A stretch of DNA of 64,000 nucleotides from the NCBI GenBank assembly GCA_018674495.1, contig JABHAA010000156.1, forward strand, positions 7,928 through 71,927, given 5' to 3'. Made by a program: the position numbers and the translations under genes. Below, piece after piece: positions 20,126-28,553 of the stretch (the first letter of the stretch is position 1; each line of letters opens with the position of its first letter). The stretch comes from Rhodospirillaceae bacterium (GTDB taxonomy: Bacteria > Pseudomonadota > Alphaproteobacteria > Rhodospirillales > UBA2165). The notes under the pieces were generated by a model, which was not told where the DNA came from, ran no database searches, and saw nothing but the letters and a program-made list of their open reading frames with translations.

Positions 20126-20716
20126 TTGGACGCGGTTCTCTATATTGTTCGCCACGGCGAAACCCGTTGGAACCAGCAGGACCGCATGCAGGGCTATTTG
20201 GATTCGCCCCTGACCGACAAAGGCAAATCCCAGGCAGAAATCATGGGCGATATTCTGAAGGCCGCGTTACCCGGAGACCAAGCCGTTGCCATCCATTGCA
20301 GCCCCCAGGGGCGCGCCCTTGAGACCGCGGAAATCATATGCGAGCGCTTAAGGCGCGATTTCAGCGCCTGCAAAATCGATGACCGGCTGCGCGAAGCGAC
20401 TTGGGGGGTTTGGGACGGCATGACCCTGGACGAGATTGAAGCCCATACACCGGGCGCCCTGGCGGCGCGCGCCACCGACCGCTGGAACTACGCACCGCCG
20501 GATGGTGAAAGCTATGCCATGGTCGGAGAGCGGGCCGGCGCCTGGCTGCGAAGCGTTGGCGAAGGTACCCATGTGGTCGTCTCCCACGGCATCACCGGGC
20601 GGCTGCTACGTGGCCTTTATATGGAAATGGCAAAGGATGAAATGGGTCTCCTCGATCAGCCCCAAGACGCGGTGTACCGGCTTGATGCGGGCGTCATGAC
20701 CCGGCTGGAGCGGTAG
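20126..20716 (+). CDS. histidine phosphatase family protein (paralog 1)
   Basis: RHGETRWN catalytic motif. Start is uncertain; TTG 20126 was chosen because it lies just after the upstream stop. Confidence 0.7.
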   Translation: MDAVLYIVRHGETRWNQQDRMQGYLDSPLTDKGKSQAEIMGDILKAALPGDQAVAIHCSPQGRALETAEIICERLRRDFSACKIDDRLREATWGVWDGMTLDEIEAHTPGALAARATDRWNYAPPDGESYAMVGERAGAWLRSVGEGTHVVVSHGITGRLLRGLYMEMAKDEMGLLDQPQDAVYRLDAGVMTRLER

Positions 20717-20723
20717 CAAAGCC

Positions 20724-21326
20724 ATGGACCAAACCCTCTATCTTATCCGCCACGGCGAGACGGAATGGAACCGGGCGAAAAAGGTGCAGGGCTGGAACGA
20801 TTCACCCTTGACCGAACTGGGCGAGACGCAAGCGCGCGGCGTCGCCGGGATTCTGGCGCGCGAAATTGCCGATCCCGCCGAAGCCATCCTTTATTGCAGC
20901 CCATTGGGGCGCGCCCGCGCCACGGCGGAGATAATCGCGGCGGAACTGGGCCTGGATTTCGGCCTCTGCCGGTTCGACGATGATTTAAAGGAATTGAACA
21001 CCGGCCAATGGGACGGACTAACCTTTGCCGAGATCGAAGCCGCGTTTCCCGACGACTTGAACCATTTCCGCGAAGATTCCTGGCGCAACCGGCCCCCCGG
21101 CGGTGAAAGCTACGCCATGCTGGCGGCGCGCATCGGCAAATGGCTGGACGCCCTCGAAGAAACCAGCCCGGCGCTTGTCGTCTCGCACGGCATCGCCGGA
21201 CAGGTGTTTCGGGGGCGCTATCTGGGCCTCGGCGAGGCGGAAACGGTCAGCCAGGACCAGCCCCAGGACGTGGTATTCCGCCTCGCCGGCGGGCGCATTG
21301 CGGAATTGACCTCCCAAAAGCCCTAA
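20724..21326 (+). CDS. histidine phosphatase family protein (paralog 2)
   Basis: RHGETEWN motif. Colinear similarity to the preceding gene (GESYAM, VVSHGI, QPQD shared). Confidence 0.8.
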   Translation: MDQTLYLIRHGETEWNRAKKVQGWNDSPLTELGETQARGVAGILAREIADPAEAILYCSPLGRARATAEIIAAELGLDFGLCRFDDDLKELNTGQWDGLTFAEIEAAFPDDLNHFREDSWRNRPPGGESYAMLAARIGKWLDALEETSPALVVSHGIAGQVFRGRYLGLGEAETVSQDQPQDVVFRLAGGRIAELTSQKP

Positions 21327-21407
21327 AACCAGAAAAACCCCTTACATTATAAGCCATTGCGGGCTTTGTTAAGGTTTCGGTAATCTTTGCACCGCTACTC
21401 TGGCGGG

Positions 21408-23768
21408 ATGGCCCATAGCACCGCAAATCAACGCCCTGCCTTCCTGCCCGAAGGATTGGTAGAATCGTTTCGCAACCGCGCCGTCGAGATTTTCGGCATC
21501 GCGCTTCTGCTGGGCGCCATCTTTTTAACCATATCCCTGGCCAGCTACGCGCCGTCGGACCCGTCGTTTAACAGCGCCGGCGAAGCAACCGTACAAAATA
21601 TCATGGGCCACCCCGGCGCCATCGCCGCCGATCTTCTGATCCAATTGTTCGGGCTGGCCGGCATCCTAGCCATTATCATCCTGGCAAGCTGGGGCTGGCG
21701 CCTGGTGCGGCGCAAACCAATTGCCCTTATATGGCTGCGATTGCTGGCCTTTGCGGCTGCCATGGTGCTTGCCGCCATAGCCCTGGCGGTGATCCCGGAA
21801 TTTGAAAACTGGCCGCTTCGGACCGGTCTCGGCGGCGTTTCGGGAAGCGTCCTGTTCACCTTCGCCAGCCATCATTTGGGCCCCTACGCGGCGGGCTATG
21901 AAGTTTCCGTGACGGTTCTGGTATCGGCGCTGTTGGGCCTGGCTTCAGCCCTGTTCGCCGCCGGCCTCGACCGCAGCGAATGGCGCGCCATGGGGACCAG
22001 CCTGAACGCCGGAATTGGCCTGGCAGTTTCCTATGCGGCACGCCTTAAATTGCCGGAACGAAAATCGGGCGCCCGTATCGAGCCGGTGCTTGGGCCAGGT
22101 AGTTCCGAAGAAATGGATGACCAGGACGCACCATTGCTGCCCGTACCCGCGGCGCCGGCGGCGCGCAAGGTGATGCCCTTGGTCAAGAAAAAACCCAAGG
22201 ATGCGCCGGCTGGCAGCCGCGCCAAAAGCGCCCGCCAGGGCAATCTGACCCTGGACAGCGGCGGCGAATACCAGTTGCCGCCTTTGGATCTGCTGGAAGC
22301 GCCGCCGGAAACAACCAGCGATCCGGCCCTCGACAAAACCGCCCTGGCCAACAACGCCAAATTATTGGAATCAGTGTTGCTGGATTTCGGCATCAAGGGC
22401 GAAATCGTCACCGTGCGACCAGGACCGGTGGTCACACTTTACGAGCTGGAGCCGGCGCCGGGTATCAAGACGTCGCGCGTCATCGGCCTCGCCGACGATA
22501 TCGCCCGCTCCATGAGCGCGCTTTCCGTGCGCATCGCAGTGGTGCCAGGGCGCAGCGTCATCGGTATCGAACTGCCCAACGCCAAGCGCGACATGGTCTA
22601 TTTCCGCGAATTGCTGGCCGCCAGGGCGTTCGAGCGGTCCGGCGCAAGCCTACCCTTGGCCCTCGGCAAGGATATCGGCGGCGGCCCGGTGGTTGTCGAT
22701 CTGGCGCGCATGCCGCATCTTCTGATCGCAGGGACAACCGGTTCGGGCAAGTCGGTGGCTATCAATACGATGATCCTGTCGCTCCTTTATCAGCATTCGC
22801 CGGACGCCTGCAAATTCATCATGATCGATCCCAAGATGCTGGAGCTGAGCGTCTATGACGGCATTCCCAATCTGTTGACGCCGGTGGTCACGGACCCGTC
22901 GAAGGCGGTGGTGGCGCTGAAATGGGCGGTGCGCGAAATGGAAGACCGCTACCGCGCCATGTCGCAGGTGGGAGTACGCAATATTGCCGGCTACAACACC
23001 CGCTTGGCCGAGGCACGCAAGAAAGGCGAAGAGCTGACACGCCGGGTGCAGACGGGTTTCGATGACGCCGGCAAGCCGATCTATGAAGACCAGCCGCTGA
23101 ATTTGGACGCCCTGCCACTGATTGTCGTGGTGGTCGATGAAATGGCCGACCTGATGATGGTGGCCGGCAAGGATATCGAAGCCGCCATCCAGCGTCTGGC
23201 GCAAATGGCGCGCGCCGCCGGCATTCATTTGATCATGGCCACCCAGCGGCCGTCGGTGGATGTGATCACCGGCACCATCAAGGCCAATTTCCCGACCCGG
23301 GTTTCGTTTCAGGTCACCTCCAAGATCGACAGCCGCACCATCTTGGGCGAACAGGGCGCCGAGCAACTTCTCGGCCAGGGCGACATGCTCTATATGGCCG
23401 CCGGCGGGCAGGTCAACCGCGTCCACGGCCCGTTTGTCAGTGACGAAGAGGTGGAGCGCATCGTCAATTTTCTGAAAAGCCAGGGCGAGCCGGACTATCT
23501 GGACGCGGTTACCGAAGACGACGAAGGCGGCTTCGATATCCCCGGAATGGATGGCGTCGGCGGCAAGAGCAATGGCGACGACGCTCTTTACGATCAAGCG
23601 GTTGCCCTGGTAGCGCGCGAAGGCAAGGCATCGACCAGCTTCATCCAGCGCCATTTGCAGATCGGCTACAACCGCGCGGCGCGCATCATCGAACAAATGG
23701 AAGAGCAAAACGTGGTCTCCAAGGCCGACCGGGTCGGCCGCCGCGAGGTCCTGATCGGCGAGCATTGA
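21408..23768 (+). CDS. ftsK: DNA translocase FtsK
   Basis: N-terminal TM helices, Pro-rich linker, Walker A GTTGSGKS and a C-terminal gamma winged-helix. Start trimmed to ATG 21408. Confidence 0.95.
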   Translation: MAHSTANQRPAFLPEGLVESFRNRAVEIFGIALLLGAIFLTISLASYAPSDPSFNSAGEATVQNIMGHPGAIAADLLIQLFGLAGILAIIILASWGWRLVRRKPIALIWLRLLAFAAAMVLAAIALAVIPEFENWPLRTGLGGVSGSVLFTFASHHLGPYAAGYEVSVTVLVSALLGLASALFAAGLDRSEWRAMGTSLNAGIGLAVSYAARLKLPERKSGARIEPVLGPGSSEEMDDQDAPLLPVPAAPAARKVMPLVKKKPKDAPAGSRAKSARQGNLTLDSGGEYQLPPLDLLEAPPETTSDPALDKTALANNAKLLESVLLDFGIKGEIVTVRPGPVVTLYELEPAPGIKTSRVIGLADDIARSMSALSVRIAVVPGRSVIGIELPNAKRDMVYFRELLAARAFERSGASLPLALGKDIGGGPVVVDLARMPHLLIAGTTGSGKSVAINTMILSLLYQHSPDACKFIMIDPKMLELSVYDGIPNLLTPVVTDPSKAVVALKWAVREMEDRYRAMSQVGVRNIAGYNTRLAEARKKGEELTRRVQTGFDDAGKPIYEDQPLNLDALPLIVVVVDEMADLMMVAGKDIEAAIQRLAQMARAAGIHLIMATQRPSVDVITGTIKANFPTRVSFQVTSKIDSRTILGEQGAEQLLGQGDMLYMAAGGQVNRVHGPFVSDEEVERIVNFLKSQGEPDYLDAVTEDDEGGFDIPGMDGVGGKSNGDDALYDQAVALVAREGKASTSFIQRHLQIGYNRAARIIEQMEEQNVVSKADRVGRREVLIGEH

Positions 23769-23792
23769 GCGCGGCTTGCCAACGCAATCGAT

Positions 23793-24470
23793 ATGGATGA
23801 CAGTGCCGCCCCTGATGGATTGGTTTGGGCGAGACCGCAGTTGCGTATAATTTTTGGATTGATCGGAGCGATGCTGGGACTGGCAATATTTATTGCCGGC
23901 GAAGCATTAGCCGCCGACGCCGTGCCCGCCAAGTTGAGCGAGCGCGACCGCGCCGACATCGTCCGTATCGAAAATTATTTCAACGATCTGAAAACCATGA
24001 CCGCCAAATTTTTGCAGGTGGCCTCCACCGGCGCCGTTGCCAGCGGTACCATGTTTTTGTCGCGACCCGGAAAATTCCGTTTCGAATACGATCCGCCGTC
24101 CCCCGATATGCTGATCGCCGACGGCACCTTTTTGATATTTGTCGACAAGGAGCTGCGCCAAACCACCCATATATTTTTGTCGAGCACGCCGGTCGGCGTC
24201 CTGGTCCGCGAGGTGGTCAAATTAGGCGGCGATATCACGGTCACCGGAATATCGCGGCGCCGCGGCCTGCTGCGCGTCACCATCGCCGACAGCGATGATG
24301 CCGAAGACGGAACCCTGACCCTGGTGTTTTCCGAAAAACCGTTCCAGCTTCGCCAGTGGCAGGTGCTGGATGCGCAACGAACGGTCACCACCGTGACCCT
24401 CAACAATGCCCGCACCGGCATGGCGCTGGATAAAAAGCTGTTCGAGTTTGACGAAGACGCCCCGAAATAG
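23793..24470 (+). CDS. lolA: outer-membrane lipoprotein carrier protein LolA
   Basis: 225 aa with a signal-like hydrophobic N-terminus and a LolA-like FxQ...F(R/E)Y core. ftsK-lolA synteny is widespread. Confidence 0.75.
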   Translation: MDDSAAPDGLVWARPQLRIIFGLIGAMLGLAIFIAGEALAADAVPAKLSERDRADIVRIENYFNDLKTMTAKFLQVASTGAVASGTMFLSRPGKFRFEYDPPSPDMLIADGTFLIFVDKELRQTTHIFLSSTPVGVLVREVVKLGGDITVTGISRRRGLLRVTIADSDDAEDGTLTLVFSEKPFQLRQWQVLDAQRTVTTVTLNNARTGMALDKKLFEFDEDAPK

Positions 24471-24534
24471 CCGCGGTCTGTTCAACAAAATGTGAGGCCA
24501 CTTGCATTGGCGCGGCGATGAACTATTTCAATAG

Positions 24535-24648
24535 AGAAGGACGCACCGGCCAGCAACTGGCTGGTGCTTGGTGGAATGAACTCCCCCCCTGTTGGTTCCA
24601 CCTTCCGACACTATAAAGCGCCCGGCACCCCTGGCCGGGCGCTTTTTT
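24535..24648 (+). ncRNA. candidate trans-acting sRNA (or lolA 3'-UTR-derived RNA); 5' end uncertain
   Basis: Non-coding stretch ending in a strong intrinsic terminator. An internal hairpin GGTGGAA(24570-76)/TTCCACC(24596-602) presents a 19-nt loop, UGAACUCCCCCCCUGUUGG. A weak possible promoter is TTGCAT (24502-07) plus CTATTT/TATTTC (24523-29). Confidence 0.4.
24618..24648 (+). terminator. Rho-independent terminator
   Basis: 9-bp GC stem GCGCCCGGC/GCCGGGCGC, 7-nt loop, followed by TTTTTT. Confidence 0.85.
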
Positions 24649-24781
24649 AGCCCCCACTTTAAACATGTTCGCTTTTTTAGCGCCCAAAAACGAATACGGG
24701 CCACCGGAAAACCGGCGACCCGCATTGTCGAGGCGGGGCGCCGAATAGAAACGGGGCCCCAGAAGAAATATATTTTATTCG

Positions 24782-25012
24782 TCAGCTTCTTTTCGAAAGA
24801 AGCCAAAGAATGATGCCAACCGCGATCAGTCCAACAAGACCGCCGTCGCCAAGTGACTTAATCAGCGCCAACAGATTGCCGACAACATTGCCGACAAACG
24901 GTAAGTCGCCTCCGAAGATAATTCCCGCGACAACTGATAGTGCAATGAGCAACAGGCCCATTTCGGTTACTTGGGTGAAGAAACGTTTCACACTGTCGTA
25001 AATACCAGGCAT
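24782..25012 (-). CDS. small hydrophobic membrane protein (76 aa, about two TM helices), function unknown
   Basis: ORF with GAAGGA SD-like sequence 7 nt upstream of the ATG. Two long hydrophobic segments. It sits in an AT-rich pocket between lolA and xthA. Confidence 0.5.
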   Translation of the reverse strand: MPGIYDSVKRFFTQVTEMGLLLIALSVVAGIIFGGDLPFVGNVVGNLLALIKSLGDGGLVGLIAVGIILWLLSKRS

Positions 25013-25260
25013 ATCATGATCCTTCGGTAATTATATCCACGCTCAGAGCCCCCTGTTGGTAGACTCAGGGATCGACACCACAATATATTGTATTTTATGT
25101 CAAGATATTAGCTTGATATAGCGTGTGCCGCTAGATATAGTATTTAGTAACCCTTTGATTATATAGGGTAATTGCTGGCCATCTGTGTTTCCAAATAAGG
25201 CCGGTTAGCCGTTTTACACGACCAAATTGCACAAATTTTCATTATTCGGGCGAATCGAAA

Positions 25261-26052
25261 ATGCGCATCCTAACCTGGAATATTAACAGCGTACGGTTGC
25301 GTATTGATCACGTGCGCCGCTTGGCCGAACGCTCCGATGCGGACATTATCTGCCTGCAGGAAACCAAAGTGGTGGACGAATTATTTCCCCACGAAGCCAT
25401 CCATGAGATGGGTTATGTCCACCGGGCAGTGCGTGGCATGAAGTCCTATAACGGTGTCGCCATCTTGTCGCGGCTACCTTTCAAAGAGGTGGCAACGAAG
25501 GACTGGTGCCGGCGCAAAGACTGCCGCCACATCTATGTGACCTTGGAGGACGGTACCGAGGTGCACAATTTTTATATCCCCGCCGGCGGCGATGAGCCGG
25601 ACCCGGAAAGCAACGACAAATTTGCCCACAAGCTGGCCTTCATAAAATCCATGGCGCGCTGGTGGCGGGGGCGGCAGGAGTCGGGCGCGCGCCGGGTCAT
25701 CGTCGGCGACTTCAACGTGGCACCGCTGGAAACCGACGTCTGGTCGCACAAACAATTGTTGAAGATCGTGTCGCACACGCCGGTCGAAGTGGATCTTCTG
25801 GGCGCCATGCAAAAATCCGGGCCCTGGATTGATGCGGTGCGCGAGATCATTCCGCCTGCCGAACAATTATATTCCTGGTGGAGCTACCGCAACAAGGCGT
25901 GGCCCGGTTCCGACAAGGGCCGCCGCCTGGATCATATCTGGATCACCGAGGCGTTGCGCCCGCACCTGACCGGCGCCGAGGTTTTGCGCGATGTGCGCGG
26001 CTGGGAAAAGCCGTCCGATCACGCGCCGGTACTAATCACCCTGAACGGCTGA
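25261..26052 (+). CDS. xthA: exodeoxyribonuclease III
   Basis: 263 aa with MRILTWNINS N-terminus, LQETK and C-terminal SDHAPV. Confidence 0.9.
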   Translation: MRILTWNINSVRLRIDHVRRLAERSDADIICLQETKVVDELFPHEAIHEMGYVHRAVRGMKSYNGVAILSRLPFKEVATKDWCRRKDCRHIYVTLEDGTEVHNFYIPAGGDEPDPESNDKFAHKLAFIKSMARWWRGRQESGARRVIVGDFNVAPLETDVWSHKQLLKIVSHTPVEVDLLGAMQKSGPWIDAVREIIPPAEQLYSWWSYRNKAWPGSDKGRRLDHIWITEALRPHLTGAEVLRDVRGWEKPSDHAPVLITLNG

Positions 26053-26066
26053 GGCAATCGTTTCGT

Positions 26067-26756
26067 TTACGGAACTAAACGGTAGCCGTTGGGTTCGGTC
26101 ACCAGCAACACGGCGTTGGACGGATCCCGCTCGATCTTCTGACGCAGCCGGTAGACGTGGGTTTCCAACGTATGGGTGGTGACACCGGCGTTATATCCCC
26201 AAACTTCGTCCAACAGAACATCGCGGCTGACCACCCGTTCGCCGGCCAGAAACAAATATTTGATGATCGAAGTTTCCTTATCGGTGAGCCGCACCTTTTT
26301 GTTGGTCTCGTTATCCAGCAACTGCTTGGCAGCAGGCCGGAAGGTATAGGGGCCGATGGTGAAGACGGCAAACTCGCTCTGCTCATGCTCGCGGATATGA
26401 GCGCGAAGGCGCGCCATCAGCACGCCAATGCGGAACGGCTTGGTCACATAATCGTTGGCGCCGGCGTCGAGGCCGAGAATGGTATCGGCGTCCGTATCGG
26501 CGCCGGTCAGCATGATCACCGGCGATTTGACGCCGTTGCGGCGCATGATCCGGCAAACCTCGCGGCCATCGATATCGGGCAATCCCACGTCGAGAAGGAT
26601 GATATCGAAATATTGATCCTTGGTCCGCTCGATGGCGTCGGTGCCGTTGCCGAGGCTTTCGGTTACGAATTCTTCGTGGATTTGCAGCTGCTCGGCGAGC
26701 ATTTCCCGGAGATCGTCATCGTCGTCGACGACCAGAATACGCCTGTTGGATGTCAT
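26067..26756 (-). CDS. OmpR/PhoB-family response regulator (no kinase gene adjacent)
   Basis: Receiver domain (VVDDDDD, LLDVGLPDIDG, TKPF) plus a winged-helix DNA-binding C-terminus (THTLETHVYRLRQKIE). Confidence 0.9.
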   Translation of the reverse strand: MTSNRRILVVDDDDDLREMLAEQLQIHEEFVTESLGNGTDAIERTKDQYFDIILLDVGLPDIDGREVCRIMRRNGVKSPVIMLTGADTDADTILGLDAGANDYVTKPFRIGVLMARLRAHIREHEQSEFAVFTIGPYTFRPAAKQLLDNETNKKVRLTDKETSIIKYLFLAGERVVSRDVLLDEVWGYNAGVTTHTLETHVYRLRQKIERDPSNAVLLVTEPNGYRLVP

Positions 26757-26934
26757 GAAAACATATACCCCATTTAAGTAACTTTTTATATCAAACCGAC
26801 CAAGAGGTTACCGCCCAATATATAGCCTGCCGTGTTTGATATTCAATAGCTTGCAACTGGGAAAATATTACCCACCGGTCACAGTTCCGTTACGAGCCTT
26901 TTCGCGGAAACTGCTGAAATCATTGAATTTTAAT

Positions 26935-26950
26935 TGGCATTCTGTTTGCA
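26935..26950 (+). promoter_or_regulatory. sigma-54 (RpoN) -24/-12 promoter candidate
   Basis: TGGCAT-tctgt-TTGCA has GG-N10-GC spacing and one mismatch to the TGGCAC-N5-TTGCA consensus. It ends 34 nt upstream of the ATG at 26985. Confidence 0.55.
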
Positions 26951-26984
26951 ACTGAAATACCAAAATAAGAACGGGAAGAAAATT

Positions 26985-27989
26985 ATGGTTTCTCAGATTG
27001 TCGGCGCGGCGGATCAGCCCTTTTTGATCGAGCCCGCCAACGCAAAGGCCGCTAGCGCTGTTTCCGGCGAATCCGGCGAATATGTGCGCAAAGATTTCAA
27101 GCTGTTCGGCGAAGACGGCTTCACCTTTCGCGATTTCGTCGACATGATCAATCCGCTGCAGCATATCCCCGTGGTGGGTACAATTTACCGCGCGGTCACC
27201 GGCGATGAGATTGATCCCGGCGCCAAAATGTTCGGCAGCACCGTGCTCGGCGGGCCCATCGGCGCCGTTGCATCGCTCTTCGATGTGATCATCAAACACA
27301 ATACCGGCAAGGATGTGGGCGAGCATACCGTCGCCATGTTCACCGGCCCCGGCGCCGGTGATACGCCGGCGGATATCATCAATCTGCCCACCGATGTGGC
27401 CGCCGCGGCGATCCCGAGCTTAGATCCAGCCCAAACCACGCCGCCCGCCGCCGATAGCTTCCGCGCCGTGCCGGTGGCGCCCGGCAAGGATTTCGCCGCC
27501 GCCGGCATGTCCGCCATACCCAATATTTCGCCGGAGAAAGCCGCTGGCATTTTGGACCGTCTTACCAATTTTGGGCCCGGTACCGCGCCCGATTTGCAGG
27601 CGTTGGCCCAATTCGATACCGCCGCCGGACCGGGCCGGACCGCCTTGGCCGCCGCCCCGGCGCAAACCGCCGCCCGCCCAAACAAGCCCCTGGCCCTCGA
27701 TCCTATGTATGCAATCGACGATAAACCAGCCGCCAATTCTTTACCCGCACCTAAGCCTTTGCCCCAGCGCCCGATGGCACCGATCGCGCTGGCACCGGCA
27801 GCCGCCGAAATTGCCCGCGCGGGGCGCCCGGCGGGCGCACCCCAGCAATTGGCGGCCGTGCAACAGGTGCTGGCCGACGCCAAACAGGACTGGCTGACCC
27901 AGAACATGATGCAGGCCCTCGACAAATATGAAAGCGGCCAACGCCTGAACGGCCTTGCCTCGGCGCCGGGCAATTCCGTTCTGCGCTGA
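26985..27989 (+). CDS. hypothetical protein with conserved-looking N-terminal domain and long Pro/Ala-rich C-terminal half
   Basis: ORF trimmed to ATG 26985 (GGGAAGA upstream). No signal peptide or recognisable domain. Confidence 0.55.
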   Translation: MVSQIVGAADQPFLIEPANAKAASAVSGESGEYVRKDFKLFGEDGFTFRDFVDMINPLQHIPVVGTIYRAVTGDEIDPGAKMFGSTVLGGPIGAVASLFDVIIKHNTGKDVGEHTVAMFTGPGAGDTPADIINLPTDVAAAAIPSLDPAQTTPPAADSFRAVPVAPGKDFAAAGMSAIPNISPEKAAGILDRLTNFGPGTAPDLQALAQFDTAAGPGRTALAAAPAQTAARPNKPLALDPMYAIDDKPAANSLPAPKPLPQRPMAPIALAPAAAEIARAGRPAGAPQQLAAVQQVLADAKQDWLTQNMMQALDKYESGQRLNGLASAPGNSVLR

Positions 27990-28049
27990 CCGCAGTTTTC
28001 GGGTAGGGAAATTTGGACGCCGGTGCGCTCTTGGCCCTATACTCCGCGC

Positions 28050-28553
28050 ATGGATTTGATCGTTAAACCTGATGGCTGGCTGCATTGCGGTCAAACCGCG
28101 TATCGATGCGCCCTTGGCCGCAACCATATTGCCACCGTAAAAAAAGAGGGCGATGGCGCCACCCCGGTGGGCCGCTTTCCCCTGCGCCGGCTTTATTACC
28201 GGGCTGACCGGATAGAATTGCTAATGACCAGTCTGCCGGTTTCGGTGATCGGCGAAACCGATGGCTGGTGCGACGATCCGACTTGCGCCAGCTACAACAG
28301 CCTAGTGCGGCTACCCCATGAAGGCAGCCACGAAAATCTTTGGCGGAACGACGGGCTATATGATGTTGTTGTTACGATCGGCCATAACGACGAGCCTGCC
28401 GTGCCTGGATTGGGCAGCGGCATATTCCTGCATGTGGCGGCGAAGGATTATGCGCCCACCGAGGGCTGCGTTGCGCTCGGCCTCGATGATCTTCGAACGG
28501 TGATCGCCGACTGCGATACCGGGACCAGCCTTCATATTATGTCGGAGAGCTGA
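28050..28553 (+). CDS. L,D-transpeptidase (YkuD) catalytic-domain protein
   Basis: YkuD-type active-site region GSGIFLHVA...PTEGCVAL. Start trimmed to ATG 28050. Confidence 0.7.
   Translation: MDLIVKPDGWLHCGQTAYRCALGRNHIATVKKEGDGATPVGRFPLRRLYYRADRIELLMTSLPVSVIGETDGWCDDPTCASYNSLVRLPHEGSHENLWRNDGLYDVVVTIGHNDEPAVPGLGSGIFLHVAAKDYAPTEGCVALGLDDLRTVIADCDTGTSLHIMSES

Noticed and set aside
24528-24813. ORFs 24528-24806 (minus, 92 aa) and 24592-24813 (plus, 73 aa) over the sRNA/terminator region.
   Set aside because: They span a strong intrinsic terminator and the repeat elements, have Arg/Gly-rich composition, and lack translation signals.
25031-25041. TTATATCCACG, superficially DnaA-box-like, in the AT-rich gap before xthA.
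   Set aside because: It has an extra base relative to TTATCCACA, it is a single occurrence, and the synteny points to the hemE gap as the origin.
27771-27786. TGGCACcgatcGCGCT with GG-N10-GC spacing inside the 26985-27989 ORF.
   Set aside because: It is internal to a coding region, has a poor -12 element (no TTGC), and is expected by chance in GC-rich sequence.
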